Virus record (IMG/VR): IMGVR_UViG_2563366875_000004
Span: 1 to 42,427 of that record
Strand: one strand, 5' to 3'
From: a virus
Lineage: Duplodnaviria > Heunggongvirae > Uroviricota > Caudoviricetes
Length of the DNA stretch: 42,427 bases
Shown here one piece after another: positions 35,038-42,427 of the stretch (within the stretch, counting starts at the first letter, position 1; each line of letters opens with the position of its first letter). A program made the translations under genes and the position numbers. The notes beneath the pieces were generated by a model, which did not search any database, was not told the origin of the DNA, and was given only the letters and a program-made list of their open reading frames with translations.

Positions 35038-35451
35038 ATGATGATTAATGTTAACGGGCGAACCGTGTCGACCGGGGCTTCGCTCGACCTTCTGACGCGT
35101 GCTGTGATTATTTCGCTTTTTACCTGGCGGCGTGCAGGGCGTGATGATGATGCACCGCAGATATTTGGATGGTGGGGGGATACCTGGCCTACGGTTCAGA
35201 ATGATCGCACGGGGTCGCGTCTGTATCTGTTGCGACGCAGCAAGCTGACAAATAAAACCCCGCAGCTTGCCAGAGATTATGCCCGTGAAGCGCTGGCGTG
35301 GATGGTGGAGGATGGTGTTGCTTCCCGTCTTGATATTAACGCTGTCAGGACCGGGACAGACTCGCTGGCACTTGCCATTACCATTTACCAGCGTGACGGC
35401 AATATTCACAACATTATTTTTGATGATATCTGGAGTGAACTGAATGGCTGA
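35038..35451 (+). CDS. Baseplate protein (Mu gp46-like)
   Basis: 137 aa; position. Confidence 0.6.
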   Translation: MMINVNGRTVSTGASLDLLTRAVIISLFTWRRAGRDDDAPQIFGWWGDTWPTVQNDRTGSRLYLLRRSKLTNKTPQLARDYAREALAWMVEDGVASRLDINAVRTGTDSLALAITIYQRDGNIHNIIFDDIWSELNG

Positions 35452-36526
35452 CAGTCAGTTTTATCGCCCCGGCCTCCCGCAACTTATTTCTATGATCCGG
35501 AGCGATTTATTAACCCGCTTTGAGCAGGATACGCTGCTTCGTCGTATGGATGCGGAAGTGTATGCCCGTGTACAGGCTGCAGCCGTACACACGTTATACG
35601 GGTATATCGATTATCTTGCCAGAAATCTGTTGCCGGACATGTGTGATGAAGACTGGCTGTACCGGCACGCCAGAATCAAACGCTGCCCGCGAAAAGATGC
35701 GGTGTCAGCCCGGGGATTTGTGCGCTGGGATGGCGTAGAGGGGACGCCGGTATTGCCAGCGGGAACGCAGATCCAGCGTGATGATCAGGTGACCTTCACC
35801 ACGACGGCGACGGTGACCGCAGCCGATGGTCTTCTCCGGGTGCCTGTTGTGGCAGATGAACCGGGGGCGGCGGGGAATACGGATGATGGTATTGCCATGC
35901 AACTGGGAACACCCGTCAGTGGTCTGCCGTCCACAGGGTACGCGGACACCATTACAGACGGTGAAGATATTGAAAATCTGGAAATATGGCGTGCCCGCGT
36001 TATGGAACGTTATTACTACATTCCACAGGGGGGCGCAGACCCTGATTATGTTATCTGGGCGAAAGAAGTTCAGGGTATTAACCGTGCATGGACTTTCAGA
36101 CACTGGAAAGGCATTGGAACGGTTGGCGTGATGGTGGCGACAAACGATCCGGAACACCCGGCCCCGGATGAAAGCGTGATTAACGCAGTCAGGGACCACA
36201 TCCTTCCTCTGGCACCTGTTGCCGGAAGCGGATTGTATGTATTCGGTGCCACAGAAAAAGTTATCCCGATGACGATTGCGTTATCGAAAGACACACCGCA
36301 AATCAGGGCGGCAATAAAATCAGAACTGAATGCGCTGATGTTTCGGGATGGTGTGCCGGAAGGGCGCATGTATCTGTCCAGGATCAGCGAGGCTATCAGT
36401 TTATCTGCAGGCGAGGTGGCCCATCGACTCATCGACCCTTCATCGGATATTGACCTGGGGGAAACTGAGCTTCCGGTACTCGGGGAGATCACATGGCAGG
36501 CTTATGACCCGGTAAGGAGTAAATAA
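35444..36526 (+). CDS. Baseplate J-like protein (Mu gp47-like)
   Basis: 360 aa; position before the YmfQ-like gene. Confidence 0.7.
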   Translation: MADSQFYRPGLPQLISMIRSDLLTRFEQDTLLRRMDAEVYARVQAAAVHTLYGYIDYLARNLLPDMCDEDWLYRHARIKRCPRKDAVSARGFVRWDGVEGTPVLPAGTQIQRDDQVTFTTTATVTAADGLLRVPVVADEPGAAGNTDDGIAMQLGTPVSGLPSTGYADTITDGEDIENLEIWRARVMERYYYIPQGGADPDYVIWAKEVQGINRAWTFRHWKGIGTVGVMVATNDPEHPAPDESVINAVRDHILPLAPVAGSGLYVFGATEKVIPMTIALSKDTPQIRAAIKSELNALMFRDGVPEGRMYLSRISEAISLSAGEVAHRLIDPSSDIDLGETELPVLGEITWQAYDPVRSK

Positions 36527-37116
36527 TGGATACGTTACAGGATGATTATACAAAATTGTTGTATGGCCTGATGCCGCCGGGACCTGCATGGTCAGATACC
36601 GACGGTGTACTTGACGGTCTGGCACCATCGCTTGTGCGTGTTCACCAGCGGGCTGATGAACTGGTGATTGAAATCGATCCCGGTCAGTCCACAGAGCTGA
36701 TTGATCGTTATGAAGAATTGTATGGTTTACCTGATTCCTGTTCCCCTGTCGGAACCCAGACATTACGCCAGCGTCAGCAACGTCTTGAAGCAAAAGCCAA
36801 TGTAGCTGGTGGCATAAATGAGCAGTTCTTCCTGGATCAGCTTGAGGCGTTGGGATATACCGGCGTGACGATCGAACAGTTCCAGCACCTGGATGCAAGC
36901 CCCGATCCGGAATGGGGAGATCGCTGGCGTTATTTCTGGCGTGTGACGTTACCAGTGGATGCTGGCGCGCAGTGGCAGACATGTACGGATGCCTGTAACA
37001 CACCGATCCGGACGTGGGGCGATACGATTGCGGAGTGCGTGATTAATAAATTATGTCCGTCGCATACCGTTGTTTTATTTTCCTATCCAGATGAGGATGA
37101 AGATGCACAGGATTGA
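36526..37116 (+). CDS. Tail protein, Mu gp48 / YmfQ-like
   Basis: AAGGAG RBS; 196 aa acidic protein preceding the fibre genes. Confidence 0.65.
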   Translation: MDTLQDDYTKLLYGLMPPGPAWSDTDGVLDGLAPSLVRVHQRADELVIEIDPGQSTELIDRYEELYGLPDSCSPVGTQTLRQRQQRLEAKANVAGGINEQFFLDQLEALGYTGVTIEQFQHLDASPDPEWGDRWRYFWRVTLPVDAGAQWQTCTDACNTPIRTWGDTIAECVINKLCPSHTVVLFSYPDEDEDAQD

Positions 37117-38113
37117 TACGCTGACAGCGGTAAAAGATAAGTTTGGCCCGGGCAAGAACGGATTTACTGACGGAAATATTCGGACGGGGCGTCTTGCCAC
37201 CTGGCTGAACAGTGCCATGTGGGATGCCATTCAGGAAGAATTGTGTGGTGTCATTGAGAAGGCCGGGATAGAGCTGAATAAAGAAGAACACGATCAGCTA
37301 TATAAAGCCATATTATTACTGGTGGGTGGTGCAATTAACGAAGAGGCATTGCTGATAAAAAATAACCTTTCGGATGTGGAAAACAAGGATAAGGCTGTTG
37401 AAAACCTCGAATTAAAACCCACGGTGGACAAGGCAAAAAATGCCGTTCAGCGTGATGGCGACACCATGACAGGAAAGCTGACGCTGCCCCAGACCTCCGG
37501 ATTTGGTGTTAACACTGACAATGCCCTGGGAGGTAACTCAATTGCTTTCGGGGATAACGATACAGGTATAAAACAAAACGGCGACGGCATTCTGGATGTT
37601 TATGCGAATGGACAGCATGTATTTCGTTTCCAGAATGGTGTGGCGATAGCGTTAAAAAATATTCAGGCCGGAGATGCTAAAAAATTCACGTTATCCAGCG
37701 CCAACAACTCCACGAAAAACGCAACGTTTAATTTATGGGGCAATTCATCCCGACCTGTAGTTGCAGAGCTTGGTGATGATTCCGGCTGGCATTTTTACAG
37801 CCAGAGAAATACCGATGGCAGTATCACATTCGCTGTAAACGGACAGATGACCCCATCAAACTATGGAAATTTCGATGCCCGTTATCAGCAGCGAAATGGC
37901 GGCGTGCAGGATGTGCGTTATGGTTCCGAAATGTATTACAACCCGGGAGGTAACGAGATAACCTGGACGTTTCGCTCACCTTCAGGCCACGGATTATCCG
38001 GTATTTATGTGCAGGATACCGGAAGAAGTTCGGCAGATAACATTGGTGGTGTGTATTACAGACCGCTTCAGAAACTGATTAATGGCACCTGGTATAACGT
38101 GGCGAGTGTTTAA
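37103..38113 (+). CDS. Short tail fibre protein (336 aa)
   Basis: Internal ATG 37103 giving N-terminus MHRIDTLTAVKDKFGPGKNGFTDGN, a conserved fibre N-terminal pattern. Confidence 0.7.
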   Translation: MHRIDTLTAVKDKFGPGKNGFTDGNIRTGRLATWLNSAMWDAIQEELCGVIEKAGIELNKEEHDQLYKAILLLVGGAINEEALLIKNNLSDVENKDKAVENLELKPTVDKAKNAVQRDGDTMTGKLTLPQTSGFGVNTDNALGGNSIAFGDNDTGIKQNGDGILDVYANGQHVFRFQNGVAIALKNIQAGDAKKFTLSSANNSTKNATFNLWGNSSRPVVAELGDDSGWHFYSQRNTDGSITFAVNGQMTPSNYGNFDARYQQRNGGVQDVRYGSEMYYNPGGNEITWTFRSPSGHGLSGIYVQDTGRSSADNIGGVYYRPLQKLINGTWYNVASV

Positions 38114-38115
38114 CA

Positions 38116-38661
38116 ATGTTGCATTTAAAAAATATTACTGCGGGTAATCCAAGAACCGCGGAGCAATATCAGCTGACAAAACAATATGGTATCACCTGGC
38201 TTTTTTCGGAAGACGACAAAAACTGGTATGAAGAGCTGAAAAATTTTGCCAGTGACACCATAAAAATGGTTTACACCGGAGACGGGCGCGTGGTGTGGGT
38301 CGGTAAGGATGTGACAGGTATTGAACCCCGTAACGCCAGTGTTATTGAAGTTCCTGATATTACCGCTAACCGCCGCATTACCGCACCGGGTTACTGGTTC
38401 TACCGCAATGATGAATTTGTTTTTGACTACAAACTTAAAGCGGAAGATGAGCGTGATGCCCTGTTAAAACAGGTCAGCATCATGACCAGCGAATGGGAAA
38501 AAGACCTGCTGCTGGGATTAATCAGTGACGAAGACAGGGAGAAGCTGAAAGCGTACCGCATTTACGCGAAATCGCTGCAGGCGATGGATTTCAGCACCAT
38601 CACTAATAAAACCTCATATAACGCTATTGAATGGCCCGCCTCTCCGGAAACCTCTTCCTGA
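38116..38661 (+). CDS. Tail fibre assembly chaperone
   Basis: 181 aa directly after the fibre gene. Confidence 0.65.
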   Translation: MLHLKNITAGNPRTAEQYQLTKQYGITWLFSEDDKNWYEELKNFASDTIKMVYTGDGRVVWVGKDVTGIEPRNASVIEVPDITANRRITAPGYWFYRNDEFVFDYKLKAEDERDALLKQVSIMTSEWEKDLLLGLISDEDREKLKAYRIYAKSLQAMDFSTITNKTSYNAIEWPASPETSS

Positions 38662-38684
38662 TTTAATTTATTGCGAGAAAAACT

Positions 38685-41600
38685 ATGTCTGTAGTGATAT
38701 CAGGTGCGCTGATTGATGGCGCAGGCATCCCCATGTCCGGATGCCACATAATTCTGAAATCCCGGGTAAACACCTCAGAGGTGGTGATGCGCACAGTTGC
38801 CGACGTGGTGACAGGAAACTGTGGCGAGTACTGTTTTAAGGCGCAGACCGGAAAATATTGCGTATATCTGAAACAGGACTGGCGCGACGAGTACTGTGTT
38901 GGCGATATTGCTGTATACGATGACTCAAAGCCTGGCACGTTGAACGATTTTCTGACCGCTCTCGATGAAGGCGACCTCAAGCCGGATGTTGTTAAACGTT
39001 TTGAGGAACTGGTGGCGCAGGCGCAGCAGAGCGCGGAAGCGGCAGCGGAAAGCGAACGACAGGCCGGGCAACATGTCGCTGATGCGCAACAAATTAAGAG
39101 CGACTGCGAGACGCTGGCGGATAACGTACAGCAGAATGCAGAAGCCGTTGCCGAAGATAAAAAGCAGGTGGCGCTCCTTGCATCATCTACCACACAGGAT
39201 GCGGCCCGCGCAGAACAGGCGGTCAAAGATGCCGATAAGATAGTCCAGAAAGCGGTCGATAAACTCGGTGAAGCCGCAACGCTGACCGGCGAGGCAAAAG
39301 CCAGCGCCGAAGCGGCAGCAAAAAGCGAACAGAACGCGAAACAGCACAGGGACGAGGCGCAACGGATAGTCGATGACCTGAAAGGAACCAACGCCAGCAC
39401 GACGCAAAAAGGTCTGGTGCAACTCTGTAGTGATACAGACAACGACAGCGAAGAACTGGCAGCCACACCAAAAGCCGTCAAAGCCGTCATGGACGAGACG
39501 AAAACAAAAGCGCCGCTGGACAGCCCGGCATTCACCGGCACGCCCACCACACCAACCCCACCGGACGATGCTGCCGGTCTGGAAACCGCGAACGCGGCAT
39601 TTGTCCGCAAACTGCTCGCTGCACTGGTTGACTCGTCACCGGAAGCCCTGGACACGCTGAACGAGCTGGCAGCGGCGCTGGGCAATGACCCGGAGTTTGC
39701 GACGACAATCATGAACGCGCTGGCAGGTAAACAACCGCTGAACGACGTGCTGACGGCAATCAGTGAACTGACGCAACGGGCAGATAATCTTCTGTGCTTT
39801 AATCAGGACGGGAATGCTTCACTGTCTCCGCTGTCAGAAAAAGCCCGGTCACTGCTGGCACAGGCCACAGTGGAAGCCATGCGTAATGAGCTTGAGCTGA
39901 AAAGCGCAGCGGTAAGGGACATACAGACAGACCTTTACGACAGCACGGAAGGTCGCGTTGCGCTGCCTGGTGCATTTGGTTACGGAATGACGGACGCCGG
40001 AGCACGTTCAGTTATTGCCAGCAATATAGCGGATATAGCCAGAACCGCTCACAACCTGCACCCGGGACGGTATTACACCTTTTCCACACAAACGGAAGAG
40101 ACGACCGGAATAACAGAAATTATCTGGCTGGATAATGGCTGGGGCGACAAAACAAGCCAGACAGCAACAAAGCTGGTTCTGTTTTTTGGAAAAGACGGAC
40201 GGATTCTCATGACCGTTCGTGGCGATAATATCTCCGCCCCGGTCACCTGGACGAATCTGACGCCACAACTGGGCAATGCAGCACAAAAAGATGCGCAGGA
40301 GAATATTTACGACCGCACCGAAGGCCGCCTGGCGATTCCTGGCATGTTCGGATTCGGGAAAATATTTTCACCTGATGATGTGGTCCGGTTTAATTCAGAA
40401 GCTGATTTATTGAGGTGGGCAAAACAGGTCACACCGGGTGAATATTTTGTAAATGGTTCCGCCGGCATTCTTCCTGGCGTCGTTTTCCGGGGAATGATTC
40501 GCATCCGCTTCCTGGAAGCTGACCGGGCTACACCGAACCCTCCATATACGGCAAAAGCCATTATTTTCTACGGTGTTAACGGTGATATTTATTATAACCG
40601 TTATTGGTCCACAGGTGATGGATTGTTAACTGGCTGGATAAACCTGAAGGTCAACGAGGCTTCACTCAGGGCACTGATTGAAACCCGCGCCCCACTGAAC
40701 AGCCCGGCACTGACCGGAACGCCGTCTACGCCAACACCGCCGGATGATGCAGCAGGTAATGAAATAGCCAATGCGGCGTTTGTCCGCAAATTGCTTGCCG
40801 CGCTGGTTGACTCATCACCGGAAACCCTGGACACGCTGAACGAGCTGGCAGCGGCGCTGGGTCATGACCCGAACTTTGCGACGACAATCACGAACGCACT
40901 GGCAGGTAAACAGCCGCTTAATGACGTGTTAACGGCGGTCAGCCAGATAACACCGGAAGAAAACACACTGCCTTATTTCAGTGAAGAGGGCCGGATTTTA
41001 CTGGCGCAGCTGTCAGAAAAAGCCCGCGCATTACTGGCACTGGACACACCTGAAGCCATGCGCACGGAGCTTGAGCTGAAAGCGGCTGCGACGATGGAAC
41101 CCCAGACCGATATCCGTGACCGCACACCTGGCAGGCTGGCAGTGTCAGGCATGTATGGATTCGGTCAGGCATTTACCAGCACTGAAGCCCTGGCATTTAA
41201 CGGACAGGCTGATTTTGCTGAATGGCTGAAAGAGGCCACCCCGGGGCGTTATGCGGTCAGTATTGCGGACTCTTCCACGCTGCTGGCTGGCACAACGAAA
41301 TTTAACGGCATCATTGATGTGATGTGGTCCCCCTTTGATAACGACGAATCAGATGCAATACGCAAATTCAAAACGTTGCTGTGTTTTAACCAGTATTACG
41401 AAGGCGAACACAATATTCATCGCCTGACTTACCGCTGGAGTGGAAATAACTGGAATGCAACAGTAAGCCCCGTCATTTACGACGGCGATTCGCTGGCCTT
41501 CCTGCTGTCCCGGACGGCGGGCAACGGCCCGTCCTCATATTACAAATATCCGGCAATTGGCTCTCTTATTCTCGCAGTCTATCAGGGAACGGCGGCTGGC

Positions 41601-41828
41601 GATAAGGCAATCAAAATTGGGCTGGGTGACATTGTACCGGGGTCGCGACTCGGTCCGGTAACTATCACCTGCTCAATTAATGATGCAGGTTCATATGTTT
41701 CCACCCCACGCGTTTCTGCCGGAGGTGCCGGGGCATTCAGCTTTCCCGGTCGCTATCAGGCGCTTTCTGGATTCAGTAATTCGTATGGCGATGAAGGCCG
41801 CATTTGTCTGTTTGTGCGCATCGAGTAA
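38685..41828 (+). CDS. Long tail fibre protein (1047 aa) with internally duplicated modules
   Basis: Conserved fibre N-terminus MSVVISGALIDGAGIP, Ala-rich coiled coil, two copies of a SPxxTGTP-TPTPPDDAAG fibre-repeat module, three DxxEGRxAxxGxxGxG-plus-beta units. Confidence 0.8.
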   Translation: MSVVISGALIDGAGIPMSGCHIILKSRVNTSEVVMRTVADVVTGNCGEYCFKAQTGKYCVYLKQDWRDEYCVGDIAVYDDSKPGTLNDFLTALDEGDLKPDVVKRFEELVAQAQQSAEAAAESERQAGQHVADAQQIKSDCETLADNVQQNAEAVAEDKKQVALLASSTTQDAARAEQAVKDADKIVQKAVDKLGEAATLTGEAKASAEAAAKSEQNAKQHRDEAQRIVDDLKGTNASTTQKGLVQLCSDTDNDSEELAATPKAVKAVMDETKTKAPLDSPAFTGTPTTPTPPDDAAGLETANAAFVRKLLAALVDSSPEALDTLNELAAALGNDPEFATTIMNALAGKQPLNDVLTAISELTQRADNLLCFNQDGNASLSPLSEKARSLLAQATVEAMRNELELKSAAVRDIQTDLYDSTEGRVALPGAFGYGMTDAGARSVIASNIADIARTAHNLHPGRYYTFSTQTEETTGITEIIWLDNGWGDKTSQTATKLVLFFGKDGRILMTVRGDNISAPVTWTNLTPQLGNAAQKDAQENIYDRTEGRLAIPGMFGFGKIFSPDDVVRFNSEADLLRWAKQVTPGEYFVNGSAGILPGVVFRGMIRIRFLEADRATPNPPYTAKAIIFYGVNGDIYYNRYWSTGDGLLTGWINLKVNEASLRALIETRAPLNSPALTGTPSTPTPPDDAAGNEIANAAFVRKLLAALVDSSPETLDTLNELAAALGHDPNFATTITNALAGKQPLNDVLTAVSQITPEENTLPYFSEEGRILLAQLSEKARALLALDTPEAMRTELELKAAATMEPQTDIRDRTPGRLAVSGMYGFGQAFTSTEALAFNGQADFAEWLKEATPGRYAVSIADSSTLLAGTTKFNGIIDVMWSPFDNDESDAIRKFKTLLCFNQYYEGEHNIHRLTYRWSGNNWNATVSPVIYDGDSLAFLLSRTAGNGPSSYYKYPAIGSLILAVYQGTAAGDKAIKIGLGDIVPGSRLGPVTITCSINDAGSYVSTPRVSAGGAGAFSFPGRYQALSGFSNSYGDEGRICLFVRIE
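39510..39775 (+). repeat. Copy 1 of an approximately 260-bp intragenic direct repeat (approximate bounds)
   Basis: Near-identical DNA stretches, e.g. GACACGCTGAACGAGCTGGCAGCGGCGCTGGG in both copies. Confidence 0.6.
40690..40955 (+). repeat. Copy 2 of the intragenic direct repeat (approximate bounds)
   Basis: As for copy 1; about 1.18 kb downstream in the same frame. Confidence 0.6.
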
Positions 41829-41842
41829 TGAGGAAATAAGAC

Positions 41843-42427
41843 ATGAAAATCAGAGCGGTAAAAGGCATCAGAAACGCGCATTATCTTGAAAATGGCGCGG
41901 TTGACTGCGAGGTGTTATTTGAAGGTGAAACGGAATTCGTCCCGTATACCGCCATGCAGGATGATACCGCAATGACAGGCCAGCGCATCTGGGAAGAGTT
42001 ACAGAGCGGCAAGTGGGGGGAAATCGCCCCATTCACCGTCACGCCTGAACTTATCGCAGCGGCAAAAGATGCCAAACGCCAGGAAATCGAAGCCTGGCGC
42101 ACAGAACAGGAGGCGCAGCCGTTCACGTTCGAATGGAACGGTCGCACCTGGAATGCTGGCCCAGACTCACTGGCCCGTCTCTATCCGGTGGTAATGGCTG
42201 CAAAATCTGATACGGCACGAACCGCCCTTGCGTGGGGCGACGCTGATAATCAACAGGTGAAACTGTCGATGCAGGAACTTGAAGAACTGGCGGCAGCAAT
42301 GGCGCAGGCACAGGTCGATCGCAATGACGAGATTTATCAGCGTCAGCGGGAGATGAAGCAAGAGCTGAATAACCTGGAGGATTTGCATTCAATCAGGAAA
42401 CTGGTCGTTAGCTCAGAAAAACCTTGA
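41843..42427 (+). CDS. Tail fibre assembly chaperone (second copy type)
   Basis: RBS GAGGAA; 194 aa; stop codon is the last three bases of the window. Confidence 0.65.
   Translation: MKIRAVKGIRNAHYLENGAVDCEVLFEGETEFVPYTAMQDDTAMTGQRIWEELQSGKWGEIAPFTVTPELIAAAKDAKRQEIEAWRTEQEAQPFTFEWNGRTWNAGPDSLARLYPVVMAAKSDTARTALAWGDADNQQVKLSMQELEELAAAMAQAQVDRNDEIYQRQREMKQELNNLEDLHSIRKLVVSSEKP

Noticed and set aside
38663-39712. 349-aa minus-strand ORF antisense to the long tail fibre gene
   Set aside because: Ala/Ser/Cys-rich low-complexity translation produced by reading the coiled-coil region backwards; no RBS; fully contained in a strongly supported gene

Overview
The window reads as one nearly complete temperate phage genome (prophage) of an enterobacterial host, running from the integrase at the left edge to a tail-fibre assembly gene at the right edge. 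All family assignments below come from reading the translated ORFs and the DNA by eye; no database search was run. Layout: int/xis (minus strand), a large exonuclease and a leftward operon of small ORFs driven by a pL-like promoter, an immunity region (small HTH repressor without a peptidase domain, divergent cro-like gene, three copies of a TGAGAAAACTCA operator), YdaT-like regulator, lambda O-like and P-like replication genes with iterons inside the O-like gene, a block of small Ea22/DUF551-type ORFs, a hok/sok-type type I toxin-antitoxin locus, a nin-like region (DUF968, RusA, short Q-like antiterminator) followed by a pR'-like promoter and terminator, a cargo region (ORF6N-like protein, reverse-strand secreted protein, tRNA-Thr and tRNA-Gly), lysis cassette, HNH endonuclease, terminase, HK97-type head genes, and a Mu-like contractile tail with two tail-fibre/chaperone pairs. 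This architecture matches the SfV/e14 phage group. No CRISPR array, transposase or rRNA was seen. The parts most worth a second look are a roughly 500 nt ORF-free, hairpin-dense segment inside the leftward operon with a convergent small gene, the unassigned small ORFs around it, the cargo between Q and the lysis genes, and the unusual large exonuclease.
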